DNA from: Candidatus Nanopelagicales bacterium
GTDB lineage: Bacteria; Actinomycetota; Actinomycetes; S36-B12
NCBI GenBank assembly: GCA_018402235.1
Contig: JAGYJJ010000005.1
Coordinates: forward strand, 258,219 to 322,218
DNA length: 64,000 bases
Direction of reading: 5' to 3'
The translations under genes and the position numbers were made by a program. The first letter of the stretch is position 1, and each line of letters starts with the position of its first letter. This document shows positions 10,438-19,906 of this stretch, in pieces. The notes beneath the pieces were generated by a model, which had not been told where the DNA came from, did not search any database, and saw only the letters and a list, made by a program, of their open reading frames with translations.

Positions 10438-11481
10438 ATGAGGAATCACATGCGGGGGCGCCTTGCGGTGCTACCGGTACTGGCAGCCGCCAGTTTGATT
10501 CTCGCCGCGTGCGGTGGAGATGTGAATGAAGCGGCAACGGAAACTGCCGAGGAGACCGTCGCTGAGGAGACGGCTGCAGAAGAAGTTGACGACGCAGGTG
10601 CCACCGAGGAGGTCACTGCTGTTGCCGACTGCGGCGACTGGGGTGTCGCGATGCACGCGTGGGTGGGCTACACGGCATCCGCTCAGGTGCTCTCCGACGT
10701 GGCACGCGAAGCCCTCAACTGCAACATCGAGCAGCTGCAGCTTGCTGAGGCTGGCGTGACCTACGACGCCATGGAAGCCGGCTCCGTCGATGTGATCGTC
10801 GAGGACTGGGGCGGCGGCCGCTGGCAGGAATGGGTTGATCGTGGCGCCGTCCAGGAGGTCGGCACCAACGGCAACGTTGGCCTGATCGGCATGTTCGTTC
10901 CGCAGTGGATGTGTGAGGAATACCCGGACATCACCGACGGCACCAAGCTCAACGACTACGCCGAGCTCTTCGTCACACCAGAGACCGGCGATAAGGGCGC
11001 CTGGTACGAGGGCCCCCCCGGCTACACCACCATCGGCGAGAAGATCATCAACGCCTACGACCTTGACTACCAGGTCATCAACACCGGTTCTGAGGCGGCG
11101 CTGATCGAGATGTTCACCCAGGCTGCAGAAAACCAAACGCCTGGACTGGGCTACTTCTACGAGCCGCAGAACTTCCTCGCGCAGGTGGAGTTGTGCCGCA
11201 TCAACTTCCCGGAGAATGACTGGTCAGATCCGGCCGAGGCCAGTGGTGAGACCGACTACCCGCAGACACCGCTCGTCAAGCTCGCCACCACCGAACTGGT
11301 GGAGTCGGGCTCACCGTTCGCCACACTCGTCGCGAACTTCGAGTGGACCAACGCCGACCAGAACCAGGTTGCGGCAGCCATTGAGGGCGGTGCCACACCT
11401 GAGCAAGCGGCAGCAGACTGGATCGCCGCGAACACCGACCGGGTCAACGCCTGGTTGGAGGGGACGGGCGCCAGCCTGTAG
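10438..11481 (+). CDS. opuAC: glycine betaine-binding lipoprotein (OpuAC/ProX-type substrate-binding protein)
   Basis: ORF track 10318..11481. ATG 10438 follows a GAAGGGA RBS and gives a lipoprotein signal (MRNHMRGRLAVLPVLAAASLILAACGG). Confidence 0.85.
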   Translation: MRNHMRGRLAVLPVLAAASLILAACGGDVNEAATETAEETVAEETAAEEVDDAGATEEVTAVADCGDWGVAMHAWVGYTASAQVLSDVAREALNCNIEQLQLAEAGVTYDAMEAGSVDVIVEDWGGGRWQEWVDRGAVQEVGTNGNVGLIGMFVPQWMCEEYPDITDGTKLNDYAELFVTPETGDKGAWYEGPPGYTTIGEKIINAYDLDYQVINTGSEAALIEMFTQAAENQTPGLGYFYEPQNFLAQVELCRINFPENDWSDPAEASGETDYPQTPLVKLATTELVESGSPFATLVANFEWTNADQNQVAAAIEGGATPEQAAADWIAANTDRVNAWLEGTGASL

Positions 11482-11499
11482 TTCCTACAAACAACGAGA

Positions 11500-11536
11500 G
11501 TGTGGGGTCCCGGTCTTCCGGGGCCCCACACTTTTT
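11500..11536 (+). terminator. rho-independent terminator after opuAC
   Basis: GTGTGGGGTCCCGG-tctt-CCGGGGCCCCACAC, with 13 of 14 stem positions paired, followed by TTTTT. Begins 19 nt after the stop codon. Confidence 0.85.
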
Positions 11537-11599
11537 CCACCAAAGCCTCACCAACGCGCTGCCTTCGTTGTCACACTGGGGTCTTCGATTGGAGGCCCG

Positions 11600-13147
11600 A
11601 TGATCATTCACCGCAGCCCGTTGCCCGATGTGGACATCCCCGATATAACCGTGACGGAATTCGTTCTTCGGGAAGCTGAGCGCGTTCCCGACCGTCCAGC
11701 TTTGATCGACGGACCCAGCGGTCGGACCTACACCTACGCCCAGCTATCGGGGGCGATTCATGCTTTCGCGGGTGGCTTACAGGCCCGTGGATTGGGACCG
11801 GGATCCACCATCGCGTTGATGTCTCCGAATATCCCGGAATTCGCCATCGTCTTCCATGGCGCGGCTGTGGCCGGCGTGGCGGTGAGCACGATCAACCCGA
11901 CCTACACGGCCGAAGAGGTGGCATTCCAACTTCAGGACTCCGGTTCACTCTTGCTCATCACTATCGCGATGTTCGCTGAAACCGCACTGCAAGCAGCCGA
12001 GGATTCCGGTGTTGGTGAGGTACTCATCATTGGTGATCCTCCCGAGGGGCTTTCGCCTTTCACCACATTGATGGGCAACCCGATCAGCCAGGTAGGTGTG
12101 GATCCTGGCGACCAGATAGTGGTTTTGCCCTACTCATCGGGCACCACGGGGTTTCCCAAGGGCGTGATGCTCACCCACACCAACCTGATCGCAAATCTCG
12201 TTCAATGCGAAGGTGCACTTGACGTCCACGACGGGGAAGTGGTTCTTGCCGTGCTGCCCTTCTTCCACATCTACGGCATGCAGGTTTTGATGAACTTCTT
12301 CCTCAGCCGGGGTTCGACGATCGTCACTGTGCCACGGTTCGATCTGCAGCAAAGTCTCGAACTGATTCAGCAGCACCGCATCACGCGCCTGTTCGCAGTC
12401 CCGCCTATCGTCCTCGCGCTAGCCAAGCACCCACTCGTCGATGAGTACGACCTTTCTAGCCTTCGTCAGGTGTTCTCGGGTGCTGCACCGCTGGGTGCGG
12501 AACTCGCCGAGGAAGCATCGAAGCGGATCAACTGTGAGGTGGTGCAGGGCTACGGCATGACCGAGATGAGTCCGGTGTCCCATGTGACACGGATGGGCGA
12601 TTTCAAGCCCGGCACCTGCGGGGTGACCGTCGCGAATACTGAATGTCGCATCATCGATGCCGAAGGCGGAGAAGATCAGGGGGTAGGGGCAGTCGGGGAA
12701 CTATGGGTGCGTGGCCCGCAGGTCATGAAGGGTTACTTGAATAACCCGGAGGCAACTGCCGAGACGATCGATGCTGACGGCTGGCTCCACACCGGCGATG
12801 TCGCGTTCATCGATGAAGACGGTCATATGACGATCGTCGACCGGGTCAAGGAACTCATCAAGTTCAAGGGTTTCCAGGTGGCGCCGGCTGAACTCGAGGC
12901 ACTCCTTCTCACCCACCCGAGCATCGCCGATGCGGCCGTGATTGGGGTCCCCGACGACGAGGCCGGGGAAAGACCCCGAGCTTTCGTGGTCCTCAAAGAC
13001 GGCCAGCAGCTAAGTGCTGACGACGTCACCAACTTCACAGCGGAGCATGTGGCTACCTACAAGGTCATCCACGATGTGGTTTTCACAGACACGATTCCCA
13101 AGTCAGCATCCGGCAAGATCCTGCGCCGGCTACTGCGTGAGAGCTGA
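11600..13147 (+). CDS. AMP-dependent acyl-CoA/4-coumarate-CoA ligase family protein
   Basis: ORF track 11216..13147. The true start is ATG 11600 after a GGAGG RBS (MIIHRSPLPDVDIPD...). AMP-binding motif YSSGTTGFPKGV and the C-terminal motifs GWLHTGD and PKSASGKILRR. Confidence 0.85.
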   Translation: MIIHRSPLPDVDIPDITVTEFVLREAERVPDRPALIDGPSGRTYTYAQLSGAIHAFAGGLQARGLGPGSTIALMSPNIPEFAIVFHGAAVAGVAVSTINPTYTAEEVAFQLQDSGSLLLITIAMFAETALQAAEDSGVGEVLIIGDPPEGLSPFTTLMGNPISQVGVDPGDQIVVLPYSSGTTGFPKGVMLTHTNLIANLVQCEGALDVHDGEVVLAVLPFFHIYGMQVLMNFFLSRGSTIVTVPRFDLQQSLELIQQHRITRLFAVPPIVLALAKHPLVDEYDLSSLRQVFSGAAPLGAELAEEASKRINCEVVQGYGMTEMSPVSHVTRMGDFKPGTCGVTVANTECRIIDAEGGEDQGVGAVGELWVRGPQVMKGYLNNPEATAETIDADGWLHTGDVAFIDEDGHMTIVDRVKELIKFKGFQVAPAELEALLLTHPSIADAAVIGVPDDEAGERPRAFVVLKDGQQLSADDVTNFTAEHVATYKVIHDVVFTDTIPKSASGKILRRLLRES

Positions 13148-13167
13148 CCATATGGTGGACTGGGCGT

Positions 13168-13965
13168 GTGCAGCGACTCCTGGCATACACCGCATCTGCC
13201 GGCCTCGTGGCTACCGCCATGCTGGCAACCGGGTGCAGCACCTCGGCAACGTCGGAACCGACTGCAACGCCTAGCCCAGCCCTCACCGAAGCGCCATCAC
13301 CCACCATCGATGAGCCGACACAGTCGCCTACGTCTCCACGGGAGACCTGGCTCACAGCAGTGCTCGATACCGAGCAAGCGGACGCAGCAACTATGGACAT
13401 ACAACTCATCACCAACGTTGAAGGCTTCGAGCGCATCACGGCCGGTGAAGGCTATGTGGAAATGCTGCAGGGGTACGGGGATATCGCCTGGACCGATGAT
13501 CTCGGCGCGACCCGTGAGGTCCTGACCGCAAACGGACACTTCCTCGAACTCGACGGCACCTGGTTCTCGATAGAACGAGAGGGTGCGCTTCCCACCACAG
13601 TTGCCTTCGATCCATTGACGGGCCTCGCGGAGGCTACGAATGTCGTGGAAATCGGAACCGAGGATGTGGGTGGGCTCACCACCACTCGCTTGGATGCTGA
13701 TCTCGACGCGCGCATAGGTATCTCTTCGATGGGTTTCAGCGAAGAGGAGCGCACCGTCTTTGCAGGCGACACAGGCGCCTCACTCATCGCCACGATATGG
13801 ATTGACGACACGGGCCGAATCGTTCGGGTGCTGCGCGAATACTCCACATCCAGCCTCGACGGGGATCCCATTCGAGCCACCAGTTTGTTCCTTGTGAACA
13901 ACCTCGGTGAATATCAGCCGATAGATGTACCCGAGACCGCCGACGCGATTCCAGCACCGGTCTAG
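13168..13965 (+). CDS. putative secreted lipoprotein, function unknown
   Basis: ORF track, 265 aa. Signal peptide with lipobox (AMLATGCS) followed by a Pro/Thr/Ser linker. No confident family assignment. Confidence 0.6.
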   Translation: MQRLLAYTASAGLVATAMLATGCSTSATSEPTATPSPALTEAPSPTIDEPTQSPTSPRETWLTAVLDTEQADAATMDIQLITNVEGFERITAGEGYVEMLQGYGDIAWTDDLGATREVLTANGHFLELDGTWFSIEREGALPTTVAFDPLTGLAEATNVVEIGTEDVGGLTTTRLDADLDARIGISSMGFSEEERTVFAGDTGASLIATIWIDDTGRIVRVLREYSTSSLDGDPIRATSLFLVNNLGEYQPIDVPETADAIPAPV

Positions 13966-13977
13966 CAGGCTGGTGCC

Positions 13978-15162
13978 ATGAGCGTTCCCATAGTTGTCGT
14001 TGGTGGAGGGTTGAGTTCCCTTCGCAGTGTCGAGTCCTTGCGTAAGGAGGGCTACACGGATCGCATCGTGGTGGTGGGAGACGAAGATCTCCTCCCGTAC
14101 AACCGACCACCGTTGTCCAAGGAAGCTCTCCTGACCGGCGTGGACCCAGTCGCGCTGGAATTTCGTCGGCGTCCCACCGTCGACGACGTGGAGTGGCGAC
14201 TGGGGTCAGGAGCTGTATCCAGTGATCTCAACGAGCGAACCGTCACCTTGGCGGATGGGCAAACACTGCACTTCTCGGGTCTGGTGATTGCTTCAGGTAT
14301 TCGCCCTCGCCGATTGGACATACCTGGTCCAACGGGCGGTCGATACGTCCTACGGACCGAGCACGACGCAACAACCCTGCGTCAGCACCTCACTCCGGGG
14401 TCACGGCTTCTCATCATGGGAGCCGGCTTCATCGGCTGCGAGGTTGCATCGACTGCCCGAGCGTTGGGCTGCGAGGTTGCCATCGTGGCCCTGGATGCTG
14501 AACCCATGATCCGCCCTCTTGGTGCAGACCTCGGTGCGGCCATGCGCCGTCATCATGAGGCGCATGGAGTGATGTTCCATCTGGGCCGGACGATCACGAG
14601 ATTCTTGGGCGACGACACCATCACTGCCGCTGAACTTGACGACGGCACCGTGCTCGACACTGATCTCGTTCTCGAAGCAGTCGGCTCGGACCCCAATACC
14701 CAATGGCTAGATGGCAATGGGTTGGACTTATCCAACGGAGTGCTGACAGACGGCTACCTGCGGGTGATCGATGCGCCAGTACCCGCAGTAGCCCTCGGCG
14801 ATATCGCACGCCACCCGAATGCCTTGTTCCCCGGGCAGACCTTCCGCATCGAACACTGGAACATGCCCACGGAGATGGGGAAGATTGCTGGTCGAACCTT
14901 GGCCTCGTTGATCGCCGGAGCAAGCCCATCGGGTGAGACATTTCGAGGGCTACCGTCCTTTTGGAGCGACCAATACGATCTTCAGCTGCAATCCTTCGGT
15001 ATTCCCGGTATCGCGACGAGTTATCAACTCGTCGATGGGACGTACGACGCCGCCTGCATAGTGGAGTACCACGACGATTCCGGCCTTGTTGGAGTGATCG
15101 GTGTCAATAGGACCCCGGAGTTGGCCCCGTATCGGAGGGAACTCCTCAATCGCGAACAGTGA
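13978..15162 (+). CDS. FAD-dependent pyridine nucleotide-disulfide oxidoreductase (ferredoxin reductase-like)
   Basis: ORF track, 394 aa. Two Rossmann motifs (VVVGGGLSS and IMGAGFIGCEVA) and a typical ferredoxin-NAD(P) reductase C-terminal domain. Confidence 0.85.
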   Translation: MSVPIVVVGGGLSSLRSVESLRKEGYTDRIVVVGDEDLLPYNRPPLSKEALLTGVDPVALEFRRRPTVDDVEWRLGSGAVSSDLNERTVTLADGQTLHFSGLVIASGIRPRRLDIPGPTGGRYVLRTEHDATTLRQHLTPGSRLLIMGAGFIGCEVASTARALGCEVAIVALDAEPMIRPLGADLGAAMRRHHEAHGVMFHLGRTITRFLGDDTITAAELDDGTVLDTDLVLEAVGSDPNTQWLDGNGLDLSNGVLTDGYLRVIDAPVPAVALGDIARHPNALFPGQTFRIEHWNMPTEMGKIAGRTLASLIAGASPSGETFRGLPSFWSDQYDLQLQSFGIPGIATSYQLVDGTYDAACIVEYHDDSGLVGVIGVNRTPELAPYRRELLNREQ

Positions 15163-15211
15163 TCGAACTGTGACCGACCCGTGGACCATGCAGACTCCCT
15201 GATGCGTCCAA

Positions 15212-15240
15212 CATGTGACGAGGTGAAGGGGAGTCACATG
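15212..15240 (+). promoter_or_regulatory. 8-bp perfect inverted repeat CATGTGAC-N13-GTCACATG enclosing an AAGGGGAG RBS and an ATG (15238)
   Basis: Read directly. As RNA it would place the RBS in the loop and the ATG in the stem. As DNA it could be a protein-binding palindrome. Confidence 0.4.
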
Positions 15241-15265
15241 AAGCGCTCGGACGGTTTGGCGGTGG

Positions 15266-15451
15266 TTGCGGTGCTATCCGGAACTGTGTGGCGAATCAGG
15301 TGGATCTCTCCACTGCATGTGGATCGACCAAGTCGATACCGGCGTGGGGTTCGTTCTTCCCACGGCCCTCGTGGTACTTGTCATTGCCGCAGTAATTATC
15401 GGCGTTGTTCGCGCTCGTAGGCAACGCACCAAACGAAAGGAAAGACAATGA
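15266..15451 (+). CDS. small single-pass membrane protein (start and frame of the 5' part uncertain)
   Basis: ORF track. The C-terminal part GFVLPTALVVLVIAAVIIGVVRARRQRTKRKERQ is a TM helix with a basic tail. The stop overlaps the next gene's start (ATGA). A well-placed RBS and ATG at 15238 lie in another frame, so a frameshift is possible. Confidence 0.35.
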   Translation: MRCYPELCGESGGSLHCMWIDQVDTGVGFVLPTALVVLVIAAVIIGVVRARRQRTKRKERQ

Positions 15452-15813
15452 AAAGGCGCACTATCCCGACCCTGGCCGCCACGGTGCTGCTCTCCGCGAC
15501 GGCGCTGGTGGGCTGTTCTGGATCTGAGGAGTCCACCCCCACCTCGAGCCCAACGGCCGAATCCACCGAAGTAGAGATAGGAGAACCTGAGGTGAACCCC
15601 GACATCACTGCAGAGCAGACAGCCTTCGTCGACGAGATCCTTGCTACGCCGCTTCCGCAAGACGAGGTAACGGCGCGCATCGAAGAGGCCGGCTACACCT
15701 GGCGTTTGGGCACCATCGATGGCGAGCCGCAAGCCGTCACCATGGACTACCGAACCGATCGGCTCACGCTCACCACCCAAGACGGATTGGTGATAGACGC
15801 AACCTGGGGCTAG
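15448..15813 (+). CDS. lipoprotein with peptidase-inhibitor I78-like C-terminal domain
   Basis: ORF track, 121 aa. Lipobox LVGCSG. The C-terminus AVTMDYRTDRLTLTTQDGLVIDATWG matches the I78 family pattern (TMDYRxDRL...G.I....G). Confidence 0.6.
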   Translation: MKRRTIPTLAATVLLSATALVGCSGSEESTPTSSPTAESTEVEIGEPEVNPDITAEQTAFVDEILATPLPQDEVTARIEEAGYTWRLGTIDGEPQAVTMDYRTDRLTLTTQDGLVIDATWG

Positions 15814-16052
15814 TCCTGCCCACCGAACGGCCCGCCACGCGGCGGACCCTGCTCCGAGGTGCCCGCGGGCACCTCGGAGGGTGCGGTAGCACGACCTACA
15901 GCCACGCCAATCAAGATTCCCAGCAGCACGAGTAGGACCGCAATCAAGGCGGTGGTTGATGTCGCTCGTCCACGCTTGCCGCGGCGAGCCAGCATGCGCG
16001 CGAGTTCTTCACTCGACGTGACGTCGTCTGTCATGTCGCGATCCTCACTCAT
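15810..16052 (-). CDS. small membrane protein, last gene of the exporter operon
   Basis: ORF track 15810..16214. Only the part from ATG 16052 (MSEDRDMTDD...TTALIAVLLVLLGILIGVAVG...) is free of the upstream permease. It has one TM helix. Overlaps the permease stop by 8 nt. Confidence 0.4.
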   Translation of the reverse strand: MSEDRDMTDDVTSSEELARMLARRGKRGRATSTTALIAVLLVLLGILIGVAVGRATAPSEVPAGTSEQGPPRGGPFGGQD

Positions 16053-17250
16053 GGCGTAACGCCTCGATAGGTCGCAATGACGCGGCCCGCTTTGCCGGGT
16101 AACTACCGAAGAACAGTCCGATAGCCACGCTGATCGCGTACGCACCCACCACGGAAATAGGAACAACCGACGGTGAGATTCCTGCCACCTCGATTTGCGA
16201 AACCAATAGCGCAATGATCAAGCCCGCCGTGGCGCCGAAAACGGAGAGCACGGTCGCTTCCAAGAGGAACTGCAGCAGGATGAACCGCCGCGAAGCACCG
16301 ATGGCTTTGCGGATTCCAATTTCGCGTGTTCGCTCCGTGACGGACACCAGCATGATGTTGGTGATTCCGATTCCGCCCACCAACAGGCTGATCGCTCCTA
16401 CCGCCCCCAGGAGCGCCGTGAAAACACCCAGTGCCGTATTCGCGGTCTCCAGCAGACTCGCCTGATTGAAAATCTGATAGTCGCGCGTCCCTTCCACCGT
16501 TCCATGGCGTTCATCCAAGATCGTGAAGGCTTGATCCTCATGCGAGGTCGGTCGTTTCCGGCGACGTGGCTTGGACGGAGATGGAGGTCAGCTCTCCGTA
16601 ACCCGTTATCGAATTCTCCACAGCCGATAGCGGCGCCACCACTACGTCATCAGGGTTCGTGAACGACGCACCCTTCTTCTCCTGGACGCCCACCACGGTG
16701 AAGGGTGCTCCGTTGCAGATGATTCGGGCGCCTAGCGGATCGCTACCCGGGAACAACTCCTCGGCCACGGTCGATCCGATCACCGCGATCCGCCGGGCCG
16801 AGAGTTCATCGGAGTTGGTGAAGTAGGCACCCACCGCAACCGGGGAGTTGGTGATCTCGAAGTAGGAAGGCCAGGTTCCGACGATCTGTGTTGAATGACT
16901 GAGATCCCCGATGGTGCAGGTGACGACGGCCCGCTTCTCGGGGCAGCCCCGGCGATGTCGGGTGCGCTAATGGGATCGTTCAGCGCCGCGGCATCATCGA
17001 CCGTGAGTTCTTGCGGCGAAGGGTTGACCACCTCTCCACCGCGATTGGGATTACTCGGCGTGATGGTCAACAGGTTGCTGCCCAGGGACTGAATGCTGGC
17101 CGTAACGGAATTGGACGCGCCCTGCCCGAAAGCCACCAAGATGATCACAGCGGCAACGCCAATCATGATGCCCAAAGTGGTGAGGATCGAGCGCAGTCGA
17201 TTAGCAATGATGGCCTGCCAACCGCTCCGCAGCGCTTCGATCAAGATCAT
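16045..17250 (-). pseudogene. MacB/FtsX-type ABC exporter permease, split by two compensating frameshifts as assembled
   Basis: Three ORF-track pieces (16780..17250, 16538..16834, 16045..16518) make up the N-terminal TM, the periplasmic domain and the FtsX C-terminus (LLVGGIGITNIMLVSVTERTREIGIRKAIGA). The outer pieces share a frame. The shifts lie near 16940-16943 (base missing) and 16538-16543 (extra base). Confidence 0.85.
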
Positions 17251-17939
17251 CGGCTGCCCGCAAACTGATCCGATTCGACTCGCCCATCACGCAAGGTAAT
17301 GATGCGCTGGGCGCGTGCGGCTACTTCGTCCTCGTGCGTGATGATCACGATCGTTTTGCCTTCCCGATGGATCTCATCCAGCAGATCAAGGACATCGGCA
17401 GTGGACTTTGAATCAAGATTTCCGGTTGGTTCATCGGCCAGCATGAGCGACGGTTCCATGGCCAGAGCGCGGGCAACAGCAGCCCGCTGTTGCTGGCCGC
17501 CCGATAGTTCATTCGGCTGGTGGTGAGATCGGTCAGCAAGACCCACCTTGCCCAAAGCTTCGAGTGCTCGTCGTCGTCGTTCACCTCGTCGCACGCCTCG
17601 GTACATCAAGGGCAGTTCGACGTTCGCCGCGGCACTCATGCGGGGAATCAGATTGAACGCCTGGAAGATGAACCCAATCCTTCGGTTACGCACCAGCGAT
17701 AACGCGTCGTCGTCCAGGTCACCGATGTCGACACCGTCGATGCGGTAGGTGCCCGTCGTAGCGACGTCCAATGCACCGATGATGTTCATGAGCGTTGATT
17801 TGCCCGAGCCTGATGCACCCATGATGGCCACGTACTCTCCTGGATTCACCGTCAGTGAAACACCATCAACGGCGCGAACCTCAGCCTCACCGGTGCCATA
17901 GACCTTCGTGATGTTGTGCATCTCAACGACGGGGATCAT
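17247..17939 (-). CDS. MacB-type ABC transporter ATP-binding protein
   Basis: ORF track, 230 aa. Walker A GASGSGKST, signature LSGGQQQRAAVARA, Walker B MLADEPTGNLD. Overlaps the permease start. Confidence 0.9.
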   Translation of the reverse strand: MIPVVEMHNITKVYGTGEAEVRAVDGVSLTVNPGEYVAIMGASGSGKSTLMNIIGALDVATTGTYRIDGVDIGDLDDDALSLVRNRRIGFIFQAFNLIPRMSAAANVELPLMYRGVRRGERRRRALEALGKVGLADRSHHQPNELSGGQQQRAAVARALAMEPSLMLADEPTGNLDSKSTADVLDLLDEIHREGKTIVIITHEDEVAARAQRIITLRDGRVESDQFAGSR

Positions 17940-17944
17940 CCGAA

Positions 17945-19702
17945 CTACTCACCTCCCCCACCAAACGGCCCATCGGGATCATCGTCGCGACCCGATCCGG
18001 GAACCCCACCTTCAGGGAAGGACAAATCGTCCGCAGACGGAATTACTAAGACATCGCCTTCGTTGATGCCGGCGGCGATCTCGGTGCCGGTATCCCCCTG
18101 CAAGCCCACCACGACCGGAGTCGCGACGGCTACTCCGTCCTCATTCTTCACCAACACGGTGGCTCGATCTCCCGACCCGGTGATCGCTCCCTGGGGGACC
18201 ACCAGGGCGCCCGTTACCTGATCAATGAGAACCGCAACCGTTGCGGTCATCCCTTCCCGGACAGTGGTCGGTGCTTCATTTACCTGGACGCGTACGCGAT
18301 AGGTCACCAAACCGGTTGCGCCAGTGGTGGCTACAGGATCAACGGCCACCACCACACCGGCGGCCTGCTCACCGGCCAGCGCATCGAACGTGACGGTGGC
18401 TTCAGCACCTACCGTGATTCCTGCAGCATCGGATTCCGCGAAGTCGGCTACCACCTCGAGAGGCCCGTCGGGAATCACCGTGATTCCGCCCGAAGTGCCA
18501 GCGGCGGTCGCCAATTCGCCCACAACGTACGGAACACGACCGATTGTTCCCGTAACCGGCGCCACGAGGCGGGTGTCGTCCAGCGCACGTTGGGCCAACT
18601 CAACACTTGTTCGTGCAGCCGCGAGAGCCGCTTCGGCCGCCGTCAACTCCTCGCCACCAGGGACCTCAACCGTTTGTTCCGCCGCAAGAGCCGACCGCAG
18701 TGCAGATTCCGCGGTGCGAACGGACTGTTCGCCCGCCACCTTCCCTTGTTCGAAAATTCCTTCAGCGCTTTGGAACGCCTGCCTCGCGGATCGAACTGCA
18801 TCACTTCCTGCCTTACGAAGTTCAGCTTGCGCTCTTTGGAGTGCCACATTGGCGCTCGCAAGGCTTAACGAGGCGGTCTGCTGGGCCTGCTGATCGACGA
18901 GCAAACCCGTGCTCCGTGCACGTACGGCGTTGTCGTAAGCCTGGCGCGCGGCGACAGTCGCCGCCTGTGCACTGCTGCAAGCGGGTGTACCCGACCCAAT
19001 CCCCTCACATGCAGATTGCTCTTGGTTTTGGCGCTGGGTAAGCGACTCTCCCGCCTGGTTAATTGCGATCTCGTAACCGACGGCATTGTTCGCAGAATTC
19101 TCCACCGCGGTGTCGAGCGCGCGTTTCGCGGAGTCGATGCTCGCCTCGGCTGCTCGCAACTGCGCCTGCGCCGACGGATTCGGGCACAGGGGACTGCCCA
19201 CATCAAGGCACGACTCGTCCCACAGCCGCTCGGCCGCAGCCAGCGATTCGCGCGCCTGATCCTCCGCGAGTTTGTTCCTCCTATTCGTCTGAGCTGCAAC
19301 TCGTTTCGCATCGGCAAGAGCGGCACTCGCACTCGCGACCGAGGCATCGGTGGATGCGGAACTCTGCGCCGCTTGCGCCAATGTGGATTCAGCGGCCGCC
19401 AACTGCTGAAGTGCCGACGTGTCGTCGACCGTGGCTAGCAGTTCACCTGCCGCAACTGCGTCCCCTGCCTCTACCTCAACCGAGGTAACGGTTCCTGGTG
19501 ATACGAAAACCAACTCAACAACGCCAGCCCGCTCAACCGTGCCGCTTGCCGTGACCGTAGCCGAGATGTCATCTCGGGCGACAGTGACAGTCCGCTCATC
19601 CGTGGGTTCCTCGCCTGATTGCAGTGAGGCGAGAATCAGTGCGACGATCATCACGATCAGCGCACCGATTCCGAGGTTGATCCATAAGGTGCGGCGCTTC
19701 AT
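17945..19702 (-). CDS. HlyD/MacA-family periplasmic adaptor (membrane fusion protein) with a very long coiled-coil
   Basis: ORF track, 585 aa. N-terminal TM, lipoyl-like motif (ELLATVDD...RLVAPVTGTI), an Ala/Gln-rich coiled coil of about 300 aa, and a beta-barrel C-terminus. Confidence 0.8.
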   Translation of the reverse strand: MKRRTLWINLGIGALIVMIVALILASLQSGEEPTDERTVTVARDDISATVTASGTVERAGVVELVFVSPGTVTSVEVEAGDAVAAGELLATVDDTSALQQLAAAESTLAQAAQSSASTDASVASASAALADAKRVAAQTNRRNKLAEDQARESLAAAERLWDESCLDVGSPLCPNPSAQAQLRAAEASIDSAKRALDTAVENSANNAVGYEIAINQAGESLTQRQNQEQSACEGIGSGTPACSSAQAATVAARQAYDNAVRARSTGLLVDQQAQQTASLSLASANVALQRAQAELRKAGSDAVRSARQAFQSAEGIFEQGKVAGEQSVRTAESALRSALAAEQTVEVPGGEELTAAEAALAAARTSVELAQRALDDTRLVAPVTGTIGRVPYVVGELATAAGTSGGITVIPDGPLEVVADFAESDAAGITVGAEATVTFDALAGEQAAGVVVAVDPVATTGATGLVTYRVRVQVNEAPTTVREGMTATVAVLIDQVTGALVVPQGAITGSGDRATVLVKNEDGVAVATPVVVGLQGDTGTEIAAGINEGDVLVIPSADDLSFPEGGVPGSGRDDDPDGPFGGGGE

Positions 19703-19906
19703 GTACTGAGCCTGCCTGATTCAAGCGCCGACGTCACTGTCGGGGTGTTCGGTTCACGTAATTTGTGGATAACTTTTGATCGGTCACCTCACTGTCGAGG
19801 CCACGCGTTGGACATCCACGAAACTGCTGCGCTTGGAGCCTCGCTAGTACGTCCCTTCCGCGGACTACTGTCCCTAATGGGGTAACAGGACAAGAGTACT
19901 GGCGAA

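Noticed and set aside
11216-11599. A 128-codon N-terminal extension of the acyl-CoA ligase ORF that overlaps the opuAC 3' end and the terminator.
   Set aside because: The extension is Pro/Arg/Ser-rich nonsense and spans a strong terminator. A GGAGG RBS and ATG at 11600 give a canonical ligase N-terminus.
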